Below are positions 1-8,123 of a DNA stretch of 64,000 bases, in pieces. The DNA comes from an uncultured Candidatus Saccharibacteria bacterium. Lineage in GTDB: Bacteria; Patescibacteriota; Minisyncoccia; Phycocordibacterales; UBA9973. Each line of letters starts with the position of its first letter. Positions within the stretch are counted from its first letter, which is position 1. Both the position numbers and the translations under genes were made by a program. The stretch is from NCBI GenBank assembly GCA_964645245.1, contig CAZYBS010000001.1, positions 526-64,525 of the forward strand, in the 5' to 3' direction. The notes under the pieces are model-generated. The model ran no database searches, was not told the DNA's origin, and worked only from the letters and a program-made list of their open reading frames with translations.

Positions 1-79
1 CTCTCATTTTGTGCAACTGTTCTACTCTTTTCCTAATAGCTTCTGATCGTGTCTCCTGTCCTGGTATAGATTCTGGCAT
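1..79 (-). CDS. 5' part of a hypothetical protein running off the window edge
   Basis: ATG at 79; frame MPESIPGQETRSEAIRKRVEQLHKMR is open to position 1; AT-rich leader. Confidence 0.4.
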   Translation of the reverse strand, partial: MPESIPGQETRSEAIRKRVEQLHKMR

Positions 80-154
80 AAAATTTATTTACATTTTAAC
101 TTTAATAATTTCGACTGCCTGGCCATATTATAGACCCAACAATAAAATATGCAA

Positions 155-313
155 CCTTCCTCCCCTCCTTAATCAAGGAGGGGTTCGGGGTGGTAACTCA
201 AAAATAACTCCAGAATCACCACCTCGCCCCAGTAAATCTTGGGGCACTCCTCCTCAACAAGAAGGAGGAGAGGAATTCATCCACCTCCCCCTTCGGGTAC
301 TCCTCAAGAGGAG
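155..313. repeat. Cluster of CCCCT..AGGGG REP-like hairpins (family A)
   Basis: cccctccttaatcaaggagggg, ctcctcc..ggaggag and ctcctcaagaggag hairpins in an intergenic region. Confidence 0.65.
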
Positions 314-318
314 AATAC

Positions 319-381
319 AAAAAAGATGTCCCCGCCCGTACCGAACGGTACGTTCGGGCGGGAAGGAATGACATCTTTTTT
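319..381 (-). terminator. Intrinsic terminator with a family B palindrome (331-362) inserted in its loop
   Basis: AAAAAAGATGTC...GACATCTTTTTT stem downstream of 409..1104 encloses cccgcccgtaccgaacggtacgttcgggcggg (32 nt). Confidence 0.6.
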
Positions 382-408
382 ACTTGAAATTAATTTAAAA
401 AATCTCAA

Positions 409-1104
409 TTATTGTCTGTGAGACACCTCTTCTCCGAGCTTGGCAATAAAGCGCGCCGCCGCGTCTCTAGCCCCCAAACCGAAAGCCAGGGCGCCACCCA
501 GTGCCAGCATCGCGATGATTCCGGTGAAAAGAACACTCATGTAGTACTCCGCAACGCCGAGTTGCCCTAAGGCAATAATGAAAGCAAAGACCCAGACAGC
601 ATACTTAGCAACAGCGCCAAGTAAGTTGGCTGATCTAAGATTCATAGTTCTGGCAGAGGCTGTAGCTGCCGAAGAAAGAGCTTCGGAGACAATTGTCGCA
701 ATTACCAGGACCAGAGCAGCCACGACAACCCTCGGTAGAAAACCCAACACGTCATCTTTCAGGAAAGATGCGATATAATCCAGGCCGACCAAGCTAAGTG
801 AAGGAAGAAGAAAAACAACGACAACGAACCACTTCACTACTTGTCCGATAAAGTATCCAGTATCAAGAGTCATTCCCGCTTTTCTGAAGAAGTCATCTGC
901 TCCAACAGAAGCAAAAAGTCTATCTATCTTCAGGGTACTGAAAACTTGCTCGAGAGCTCGAGCAATAACATTACCTAAAAGCCAACCTATAATAAATAAA
1001 ACAACCGCGACAACAAGCTTCGGAGTAAATTGAACGAAGCCCCACCACAAACTTTGAAGTGATGAATTAAAAACATCGCCCCATGTAAGCCAAATATTAT
1101 TCAT
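409..1104 (-). CDS. TM-helix repeat membrane protein (CmpX / small mechanosensitive channel-associated type)
   Basis: Multiple TM helices; FLPRVVVAALVL repeats; C-terminal ALAFGLG.RD motif. Confidence 0.7.
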   Translation of the reverse strand: MNNIWLTWGDVFNSSLQSLWWGFVQFTPKLVVAVVLFIIGWLLGNVIARALEQVFSTLKIDRLFASVGADDFFRKAGMTLDTGYFIGQVVKWFVVVVFLLPSLSLVGLDYIASFLKDDVLGFLPRVVVAALVLVIATIVSEALSSAATASARTMNLRSANLLGAVAKYAVWVFAFIIALGQLGVAEYYMSVLFTGIIAMLALGGALAFGLGARDAAARFIAKLGEEVSHRQ

Positions 1105-1117
1105 AATATTGATAATC

Positions 1118-1147
1118 TCCGCCAGAGGCGGATCAGCCTATGGCTGA
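1118..1147. repeat. 30-nt double-hairpin element (family C)
   Basis: tccgcc-aga-ggcgga-tcagcc-tat-ggctga; inverted homolog at 18895-18924 and interrupted copy at 26465-26521. Confidence 0.8.
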
Positions 1148-1208
1148 AATAAAAGCACTTTGTTAAGTTTCGACCTTATTAAAGTTCTAACCTACATTAT
1201 ATCAAATC

Positions 1209-1790
1209 CTAGCCCTTTTTTAAGGCTTGTGTGGATAACTCCTTAACCTCTAAAAGAACCTCATGTGGGTAATCAAGGATATCTCGGACAAGTTTATCAT
1301 ACATATTGAGCCTATAAATAAACTCTTTTGTGTCAAAAATAGCATAAACAAGCTCTGCACCAATTTCGGCCTCAAGCCTGCGAATCCCCTTTTCAATCTT
1401 GCCTCGCTTCATTTTATCCCCGACAATCAATAAATCCACTCGGCTATCATCCTTTTTAATAAAGATGCCAGAAACTACAACAAGCTTTACCCGCCCAACT
1501 TTTTTAAAATTGTCTAAAATAGTCTGTTTATTCAAACTATCAGACCTTACCAAAAGATCTTCAAATTTTTCCGCATATTTAAAAAAAGAATTAAAAAACC
1601 AATCCAAAGCACGCCTTTTAATAAAATTAACGGAAGAAAGCAACCTGAGTTCCCGACGAACGATAAGAGGACTGACCCGGCTGCGCTTGACAATATCCTT
1701 ATTCTTGAAACCCTTACCTTTATTGAGTAGGAATAGCCTCATTATTTTTACTCTGGCTCCATTGCCCAGTATTTTTCCCAAAATTTCCAT
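1209..1790 (-). CDS. Winged-HTH plus nucleotidyltransferase-like protein, putative transcriptional regulator
   Basis: N-terminal ARVKIMRLF..RRELRLL helix pattern; C-terminal SGIF...SRVDLLIVGD motif. Confidence 0.6.
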   Translation of the reverse strand: MEILGKILGNGARVKIMRLFLLNKGKGFKNKDIVKRSRVSPLIVRRELRLLSSVNFIKRRALDWFFNSFFKYAEKFEDLLVRSDSLNKQTILDNFKKVGRVKLVVVSGIFIKKDDSRVDLLIVGDKMKRGKIEKGIRRLEAEIGAELVYAIFDTKEFIYRLNMYDKLVRDILDYPHEVLLEVKELSTQALKKG

Positions 1791-1822
1791 ATATGTGTAT
1801 TATAATGATTTTTCAAGAAAAA

Positions 1823-3544
1823 TCAATGCTGGTAAAAACCCCTGGCTTCCGAGTCGGGAAGCATTATTAAATTCACGCCTTTTGTCCTGCAAAGCTCTAT
1901 TATTTTCTCATCATTGACTGAACCGCTGGTGGAAAAAATCGTTTTTATTCCACGACCGATGAGCACTTCCGGCGCGTCCGGAAAAGGAAAGAAGCTGTCG
2001 CTGTATGCGACAGCTTCTTTCAAATCCGCTATAGTTTCGGATTTAGGAGCTAAGCTCCCAAAAGGGAGCTTAGCTCCTAAATCGTTAGCAAATGCTGCCG
2101 CCTCATCGGCACGGAAAATAGCCAGCTTGGCCGCCCCGACGCGGTCTTGCTGTCCAACACCGTTGCCATAAAGTCTGCCGCCTTTGACTAAAGTAATAGT
2201 ATTGCTATTTGAGGTTGAGCCGATAGCCCAAGCAAGCACTGCGTCCTTGCTCTCAATCGCCGGCACAAAAGTATAATTGGGCTGTTCCATAAAGCCGCCC
2301 CGGACATAACGGAACCTTCTGGCATTATCTAAGGCAGACAATCCTGCTTTTAAAATGCCGCGGTTTGCTAAAAGCCGACATTTGCCTCCTTTACGAGAGA
2401 GAATTTGTTTTGCTTCTTCCGAGAATGACGGCGCGGCAACAACATCAAGCAGCCGTCTATTCGTTCCGGCATATTTGTGTATCAATTCTTCGGCTATTTT
2501 TTCATCAACATTAAAATTAAGCATTACCGAGCCGCCGAAAATTGCGCGCAGATCTCCCAATAGCATTTTGCCAATGGCATCGAGCCCTGACTCTCCTGTG
2601 CCTGCTCCGCAGGCATTGCCGTGCTTTGCCCCAATGGCAACACTTGACACTTCGCCGAAATTTTTTTCAAATCCAGCGCCAATGTGCGTCATCGTCTGCA
2701 TCATTCTGTCCAAATCGCAAATATTATTATAGGAAAGAGGGCTTCCGGCAACCAGAGCCCAATTATGAATCGCAAGCTTATCTTCACTAGCTGGGTCTTG
2801 CCTAGCTAGTTTGTACAAACTGGCAGGTTTTTGATAGGCATTTTCGCCGTATAATAAGGATTCTAAATTCCCGCCCGAACGACTAACGTCATCCAGTCGG
2901 GCGGGCTTCTTCCCAAAAATTCCTTTGTATTCGCCTTTACCATGATATTCACCTGAGACAGAGCAATATCTCGCAATTAATATCTCTGCTTTAGCAGCCA
3001 AATCATTTAAAAATTCTTCGCGATTGGGCTCGCCATTTTTGAGCCACTTAAGTACTGCTGCTCTATCAGAAGGTTCGCAAATTGTGATACGTCGCCCCTT
3101 CGCGCTTGAACGAATTAAAGCCACTCCACCCATATCCGTTTTTTCCAGTACCCCTTTCCTTCCTCCCCCTACGTAGGGGGAGGTGCCAGGGGCGGAGGGG
3201 GCATATTTTGCAATTTCTTCTTCGAGCGGGTACAGATCTACGCACACCAAATCAATCCAAGGAATGTCATATTTTTCAAGTTCAGCCAAGTGCTCGGGTG
3301 TGTCTAAGGCCAAAAGTCCGCCGTGAATCTTTGGATGAAGAGTCACAACACGATGACCTAAAATAGCGGGAAATCCGGTAATATCTGCCACATCGGTAAC
3401 GCTTACTCCAGCATCAGATAAATGCTTGGCCGTACCGCCGGAAGAAATGATTTTCCAGCCTAAATTTGCCAAACTTTGAGCAAAGTCCGCGATACCCGTT
3501 TTGTCATATACAGAAATTAGCGCTATTTTCTGTCTTTGTTCCAT
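1823..3544 (-). CDS. purH: Bifunctional AICAR transformylase / IMP cyclohydrolase
   Basis: ALISVYDKTG, SGGTA, RVVTLHPKIHGGLL, KHGNACG, SNSN, GQQDRV, SDSFFPFPD motifs; contains up to four palindromic inserts. Confidence 0.93.
   Translation of the reverse strand: MEQRQKIALISVYDKTGIADFAQSLANLGWKIISSGGTAKHLSDAGVSVTDVADITGFPAILGHRVVTLHPKIHGGLLALDTPEHLAELEKYDIPWIDLVCVDLYPLEEEIAKYAPSAPGTSPYVGGGRKGVLEKTDMGGVALIRSSAKGRRITICEPSDRAAVLKWLKNGEPNREEFLNDLAAKAEILIARYCSVSGEYHGKGEYKGIFGKKPARLDDVSRSGGNLESLLYGENAYQKPASLYKLARQDPASEDKLAIHNWALVAGSPLSYNNICDLDRMMQTMTHIGAGFEKNFGEVSSVAIGAKHGNACGAGTGESGLDAIGKMLLGDLRAIFGGSVMLNFNVDEKIAEELIHKYAGTNRRLLDVVAAPSFSEEAKQILSRKGGKCRLLANRGILKAGLSALDNARRFRYVRGGFMEQPNYTFVPAIESKDAVLAWAIGSTSNSNTITLVKGGRLYGNGVGQQDRVGAAKLAIFRADEAAAFANDLGAKLPFGSLAPKSETIADLKEAVAYSDSFFPFPDAPEVLIGRGIKTIFSTSGSVNDEKIIELCRTKGVNLIMLPDSEARGFYQH
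2040..2083. repeat. Perfect 20-bp-stem palindrome inside purH
   Basis: gatttaggagctaagctccc-aaaa-gggagcttagctcctaaatc, read as DLGAKLPFGSLAPKS. Confidence 0.85.
2870..2905. mobile_element. Family B palindromic element, 36 nt, in-frame in purH
   Basis: cccgcccgaacgactaacgtcatccagtcgggcggg encodes PARLDDVSRSGG. Confidence 0.8.
3150..3202. repeat. Family A hairpin element in-frame in purH
   Basis: cctccccctacgtagggggagg core; peptide PSAPGTSPYVGGGRKG; similar to 52856-52908 in recJ. Confidence 0.7.
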
Positions 3545-3550
3545 ATTGAA

Positions 3551-3925
3551 TTACTTTAATTCCACTTTCCCTCCGGCTGTTTCAATTTTTTTCTTAAGTT
3601 CTTCAGCTTCGGCTTTCTTCATTCCCGCTTTTAAGGTTCCCGGAGCGGCATCAACCAAATCTTTGGCATCCTTCAGTCCGAGACCCAAGACTTCTTTTAC
3701 GATTTTCATCACCGCAATTTTCTGTTCACCGGCAGATGCCAGAACGGCAGTAAAAGTATTTTGCTCCTCCTTTGCCTCGCTCGCCTCGCTGTCGCTTTGG
3801 CGAAGCGGGCCGGAGCCTTGAGCAGACACTCCAAACTTTTCCTCCAATGCCCTGACAAGCTCATGTAAGTCCAATACGGACATAGTTTCTATTTTTTCTA
3901 TAAGGTCTTTAAATTTTTCTGACAT
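3551..3925 (-). CDS. rplL: 50S ribosomal protein L7/L12
   Basis: LEEKFGVSA, KIAVMKIVKE, GLGLKDAKDLVD, GGKVELK; downstream of rplJ. Confidence 0.97.
   Translation of the reverse strand: MSEKFKDLIEKIETMSVLDLHELVRALEEKFGVSAQGSGPLRQSDSEASEAKEEQNTFTAVLASAGEQKIAVMKIVKEVLGLGLKDAKDLVDAAPGTLKAGMKKAEAEELKKKIETAGGKVELK
3780..3809. repeat. 30-nt hairpin element in the L7/L12 hinge
   Basis: Minus strand cccgcttcgccaaagcgacagcgaggcgag; peptide GPLRQSDSEAS where an Ala-rich hinge is expected. Confidence 0.6.
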
Positions 3926-3936
3926 AATTCTAATTA

Positions 3937-4419
3937 TTAGTTTTTAATTTTTGCTATTTCATTCAACACAATAGCAAGGCGCTGTATTGGAGAATTAACA
4001 AGATTCACGAACTGCGCGTATAGAATTTCCCGACTTGGAATCATTGCCAGCTCCATCATCTTTTCTTTGCCAATAAATTTCCCCTCAAAAATTCCACCCA
4101 AAATATTCAGGACTCCTTTGTGAGTTTTTTGGAAATTATAGACTCCGCGCGGTGAGGCAATAGCATCTTTCGAGTACGCAATGGCAACCTCGCCGGCAAG
4201 TTCTGGAATTTCACCTTCCGCTTTTCCTTTCAACGCACGGGCCAGAAGTGTTTTTCTAGAAACTTTATAGCTCACCCCTTTCTTTCGGAGATCTCGACGC
4301 AGTATCGTCTCGTCGCTTACTTTCAGGCCATGAAAATTTACGAAGACGAGAGACTCGCTTTCTTGTATTGCTCCTTCGAGATCCCTTATCATTTCTTCTT
4401 TTTTTGATTTTTGTAACAT
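3937..4419 (-). CDS. rplJ: 50S ribosomal protein L10
   Basis: VFVNFHGLKV, LRRDLR, YKVSRKTL, GGIFEG, LAMIPSRE. Confidence 0.96.
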   Translation of the reverse strand: MLQKSKKEEMIRDLEGAIQESESLVFVNFHGLKVSDETILRRDLRKKGVSYKVSRKTLLARALKGKAEGEIPELAGEVAIAYSKDAIASPRGVYNFQKTHKGVLNILGGIFEGKFIGKEKMMELAMIPSREILYAQFVNLVNSPIQRLAIVLNEIAKIKN

Positions 4420-4435
4420 GATATTTTGAAACTAA

Positions 4436-4540
4436 AAAACGGCTCGCGCCGTCAAAGATATCGACCCACTAAACAGGACTTATTTTACCCGCCATAGCTT
4501 TAGCGACGGAGGGTTGTGCCTATCTTCTTTGCGGTAAATT
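4436..4540 (-). promoter_or_regulatory. Probable L10 leader (autoregulatory RNA) carrying a 30-nt palindrome at 4484-4513
   Basis: Upstream of rplJ; minus-strand aagataggcac...taagtcctgttt pairing recalls L10-leader architecture. Confidence 0.45.
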
Positions 4541-4558
4541 CACTATAGCACAGACATT

Positions 4559-4696
4559 TTACTTTGCAACTGTATTATTTAGCGCATCTTTCTGCTCATT
4601 TCCTTGGTCAAAATGACTCACCAAAAAAACTCCAACGAGGCCCAAGACTATCATTCCGGTAAAAATAATCAGAGTCTTAAAAAAGTGTTTGGTCAC
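4559..4696 (-). CDS. Small single-TM protein (45 aa, GTG start; not in ORF track)
   Basis: Hand translation VTKHFFKTLIIFTGMIVLGLVGVFLVSHFDQGNEQKDALNNTVAK*; fills the intergenic gap. Confidence 0.5.
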   Translation of the reverse strand: MTKHFFKTLIIFTGMIVLGLVGVFLVSHFDQGNEQKDALNNTVAK

Positions 4697-4724
4697 AATT
4701 TAATTATATCATAAACCTTGCAGT

Positions 4725-4916
4725 TTAACGATATCCTTTGCTCCATAAGATGATGGCCAGAATAATGGACAAGAGAAGCAAAGAGTGCCAGTAGTCCCAA
4801 TGCGAATATACTCTTCTTTTCTTTAGAAAATCTGCGAACATCTTATTCCCTTCCAGAAAAATAATGAGGGGCAAAATGGCTATCATATACCAAATTTTAA
4901 AAAGAATCATAAACAT
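4725..4916 (-). CDS. Small two-TM membrane protein
   Basis: 63-aa ORF with two hydrophobic segments, co-oriented with neighbours. Confidence 0.6.
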   Translation of the reverse strand: MFMILFKIWYMIAILPLIIFLEGNKMFADFLKKRRVYSHWDYWHSLLLLSIILAIILWSKGYR

Positions 4917-4944
4917 ATGTTAATTATAGCATATTGGGAATCAT

Positions 4945-6975
4945 CTAAATATCCGAATCTGACCAGACATCAGAATTATTGCGATGCAGACGGGCAAAAC
5001 TATAGGGAGCGTTAGGTACACATGCCACGCCAATTGCCGGTGCACAATTTGTTCCTGTTCCTGTTAAAAAAGTAGCAACATAGTACCAACCTACATAATT
5101 CGCATAACCAGCCGAACCTGAAAATTTTTGTCCATTACCCATAGCGGTATAAGAACTGCCAGAACAAGAAAAAACTTCAACTGGGCCAATTGGAGACTCA
5201 TTCATAAAGTTATAAGAATTATCAGTATCTGAAATAGCGTACATTACACGACTGCCTGAGTTAGCGACACAAGACAAAATAATATCTTGGGTAAATTCCC
5301 CAGTACTGGCAAAGGTGGGAAAAATTTGGATGGCAGAATTAGCTACCTGTCCATTAATTATTAGAGTATTCGCAGCTACTGTGGTATAAGCAACATTTGA
5401 ATTACCAACGGCATCGGTCAAGATAACGCTAGCTGGAACAGTGCCGGATGCCCTGTTGGTATTTCCGGAAACCACAGTGTAAGTAGCTGTGTAAATATTA
5501 CCTCCGGCATTTGTAAATCCAGTGGTCGCTACTCCATTAACAGTAATTGTTCCAGCGGTATAGTTCGCACCATCAGCCGTAATGGTTAAAGTAACAGTGC
5601 CACCGACTCCTTTAGAGCCAGAATTCGGAGTAAGAGTCAGGGCAGAAATCACAGGCGGGGTGGTGTCAGCCGGTGCTGGTGTCGGGTATGGTGTCGCATA
5701 TGGTGTTGAATATGGAGTCGAGTATGGTGTTTGGTAAGGCAATGGCAGATTGGCTGCCGCTACGCCGCCGCCGCCAGGCAAGAGACTGGGGTGGGAGATT
5801 TCTGGTACAACCCCCTCGGATTCCCCCTTGTCAGGGGGAACTGCCTCCCCTGATAAGGGGAGGTCAGGAGGGGTTTTTTCGGTATCTGCTATGGGAACAT
5901 TATCGACAACCGGTTTAGCTCCGACGCTTTCAGTCGGAGTCCCAACTTTAGTCGGGAGATTTTCTTTGGTAGAATTTTCGGTAGGTTCGGAGGAAGTGTC
6001 CTGTGACGCAGGAATACCGGCAAGAATTACAGCTGCGGCATTATTGGGGTTTTTATTAGTAAAAGACTTAGCAAAAGAATATGCATTTGACGCTATTTGT
6101 ATTACTTTATTTCCAATGGCCAAGCCAACCTTCTTAACTGTATTTTTTGCCAGAGCAATACCAGCCTTGCCAGAATCAATCGGATGATCAACAAAAGACA
6201 GCAGATTTCTTTGTAATTCATGCGCAAAGGTAACTGCGGGAGGATTTATGCATGGCATATACACATTTTGCATATTATTTGTTTGAAGTTTTTCAAGCGA
6301 CGATTCTATATCGGAAACAATTTTCGCGCCTTGATATTTTAAGTAAACGTCGGAAAAACTGTGACCGTCAGGGTCATCTGACAGCTGAAACAGAATATGG
6401 GTATTGGGTGGCAATATTTTAAGTACACGCCCGACACGCGCAGCGATAACTCTATCTGTATCGGAAGTTATGTAATTTCCTCCTCCGGCCACATGGGAAG
6501 CCGGAGTGGCCACGCCATATACACCAATGGACTCTCTCGGGATAGAGGCTAAGCCTCTATCTGTAACTTTATCGTAAAAATTATTGGCATAAAAGTTGCC
6601 TTGGGAATGGCCGACCAGTAATAATTTTTGAGTGGTGACCTTTTGACTGGCATCATTCCACATTTCGATCAGATCATAATCGGATTTTTCATCAAAAAGT
6701 CCTTGCTGTACGGCGTCTATGAGATCAAGAGCTCCGCCGGCGTGGGATGGGTTATGAAGAAAATCTATAGTTACAAATTCATTTTTGTATATTTTTGTTA
6801 ACTTATCTTCAAGAGCTTTTTTATTTTCTTGTGCTCCTCTTTGGTCAGTATTTATTCCGTTGATTGTAAAAATAGAATATCCAACAGGTGAACAAGCCCC
6901 CACCTGAGCAAAAACAAAACTAGGTAATAAAGATATGATTAGCGCAAAAATAACTAATTTAAAAAACAAGGTCAT
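4945..6975 (-). CDS. Secreted alpha/beta-hydrolase-like protein with Pro/Thr-rich linker and Ig-like C-terminal domains
   Basis: Signal peptide (FVFAQ), INGINT, VGHSQGNFY nucleophile elbow, GHSF..VYL; YxTP tandem repeat; DTTPPVI Ig-like start; start probably ATG at 6975. Confidence 0.7.
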   Translation of the reverse strand: MTLFFKLVIFALIISLLPSFVFAQVGACSPVGYSIFTINGINTDQRGAQENKKALEDKLTKIYKNEFVTIDFLHNPSHAGGALDLIDAVQQGLFDEKSDYDLIEMWNDASQKVTTQKLLLVGHSQGNFYANNFYDKVTDRGLASIPRESIGVYGVATPASHVAGGGNYITSDTDRVIAARVGRVLKILPPNTHILFQLSDDPDGHSFSDVYLKYQGAKIVSDIESSLEKLQTNNMQNVYMPCINPPAVTFAHELQRNLLSFVDHPIDSGKAGIALAKNTVKKVGLAIGNKVIQIASNAYSFAKSFTNKNPNNAAAVILAGIPASQDTSSEPTENSTKENLPTKVGTPTESVGAKPVVDNVPIADTEKTPPDLPLSGEAVPPDKGESEGVVPEISHPSLLPGGGGVAAANLPLPYQTPYSTPYSTPYATPYPTPAPADTTPPVISALTLTPNSGSKGVGGTVTLTITADGANYTAGTITVNGVATTGFTNAGGNIYTATYTVVSGNTNRASGTVPASVILTDAVGNSNVAYTTVAANTLIINGQVANSAIQIFPTFASTGEFTQDIILSCVANSGSRVMYAISDTDNSYNFMNESPIGPVEVFSCSGSSYTAMGNGQKFSGSAGYANYVGWYYVATFLTGTGTNCAPAIGVACVPNAPYSFARLHRNNSDVWSDSDI
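5809..5875. repeat. Family A double-hairpin element in-frame in the hydrolase linker
   Basis: 31-nt ctcccctgataaggggaggtcaggaggggtt identical at 5845-5875 and 8067-8097. Confidence 0.8.
5919..5957. repeat. CCGAC..GTCGG double hairpin (family G), in-frame
   Basis: ctccgacgctttcagtcggagtcccaactttagtcggga; related to 26723-26767 in ftsK. Confidence 0.6.
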
Positions 6976-6979
6976 TACT

Positions 6980-7600
6980 TTAGTTTGGTAAAGTGGAATA
7001 ATCAATATCACAAATTATATCTAATGAATTATAACTACTTAGATTTTTATAAAAATCAGCCTGTGCTTGATCTCTCGCTTTTGTATTAATTTGTAGTTTT
7101 TTAATAAAATTAATAAATACCTTAATTTTCTCCATATCAGTATCACTTCTGGACGACTCAGGACTTTTTCTTGGCACAAGAGTATCACTGACACAGGAAC
7201 TGGCTCTGTCTTCTTCACGAATTACCTCTGTTACCGTTTCTTTATTTACTATCGGTTGTATAAACTCCATCTGCAACGCCAGTGCATACTGCAAAAGGAC
7301 GGCGCGGGTTTTGGCGGAGTTGGGATATTCTTTGAAAATAGCCAGTTCAACGTCGTCACGAATGCCGTTATTATTGGCATCAATGCCTGGCACCGTTTTA
7401 TCCGCATCGGCGCCGGGGTCCGGCGGAAGATTTTCGCCCAGCACGTCAGAAAACTGGAGTTTGGTGGCGTGAATTTTCGCCACCTGCTCTTTGGTCTTTT
7501 CCTCTTCCAGACGAAACGGCAGTCTGATGATTTCCGCCAGAATAAATAAACTTACTAAAACAATCCCCGTCCATTTTAATATTTTTAATGTTTTATTCAT
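6980..7600 (-). CDS. Membrane-anchored protein with PPDPG..GIDANNNGIRDDVE motif
   Basis: N-terminal TM; EF-hand-like DxNxNG; two Cys; ends just upstream of the hydrolase start. Confidence 0.7.
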   Translation of the reverse strand: MNKTLKILKWTGIVLVSLFILAEIIRLPFRLEEEKTKEQVAKIHATKLQFSDVLGENLPPDPGADADKTVPGIDANNNGIRDDVELAIFKEYPNSAKTRAVLLQYALALQMEFIQPIVNKETVTEVIREEDRASSCVSDTLVPRKSPESSRSDTDMEKIKVFINFIKKLQINTKARDQAQADFYKNLSSYNSLDIICDIDYSTLPN

Positions 7601-7636
7601 TTATGAATTATATAATACTTTATATTAAAAATAGAG

Positions 7637-7930
7637 CAGGCCGGCGCTTGAAAGCTGCCGGCCTGAGATTTCTCGCCGCAGACGTAAGTGTTATGTATCT
7701 ACTATATGAGGGGGATGGCAACCCCTCACGCAGGACATTCCTCACCATCCACGGCGAGATTTGTTGGAGAGAGGCTAAAACTAGCCCTCAATCTCCGATG
7801 TCTATTCCGAAGAACTTGTACGCCGCGGACTGGGGGCCCAAGCCCAGCGCGATAATCGCCTCTCGCCCCCCGGTGAGAAACGCCATACCACGCTAAACAC
7901 CCCAGTCCACGGCTGATTTATCTTCGCATG
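7637..7930. ncRNA. Candidate structured non-coding RNA of unknown family
   Basis: GC-rich island with at least six nested stems and no convincing ORF; hairpin plus T tract at its minus-strand 3' end. Confidence 0.4.
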
Positions 7931-7962
7931 TGAAGTATGCCCTTGTCAATGAAAACAAGCAC

Positions 7963-7999
7963 AACAAAAATACAGAGGATTATCCTCTGTATTTTTGTT
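7963..7999. terminator. Bidirectional terminator-like hairpin
   Basis: aacaaaaatacagagga-tta-tcctctgtatttttgtt; core TACAGAGG..CCTCTGTA recurs at 32213-32233. Confidence 0.6.
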
Positions 8000-8006
8000 C
8001 AGCTCG

Positions 8007-8117
8007 CCTCTTCCCCCTCTCCTTGAACCCCTTTGTATTCCCCCTTATCAGGGGGAAATCATTTGTCTCCCCTGATAAGGGGAGGTCAGGAGGGGTTGGA
8101 GAGGGGCTGGGGAGAGG
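8007..8117. repeat. Nested family A elements
   Basis: Outer ccccctctcc...ggagagggg hairpin with an inner element at 8026-8097 homologous to 5809-5875. Confidence 0.75.
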
Positions 8118-8123
8118 TCGTTT

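Noticed and set aside
9-421. Plus-strand ORFs 9..371 and 239..421 (likewise 7930..8221 and 15652..15969)
   Set aside because: They mainly translate palindromic repeats or antisense sequence and show no protein-like features.
5675-5740. 12-bp periodic repeat as a DNA-level array
   Set aside because: It encodes a YxTP peptide repeat with synonymous variation, so it is a protein linker feature.
7728-7746. RNase P RNA suggested by minus-strand GAGGAATGTCC
   Set aside because: The motif lies too near the putative 3' end, and the other universal RNase P segments could not be found by eye; kept only as an unknown ncRNA candidate.
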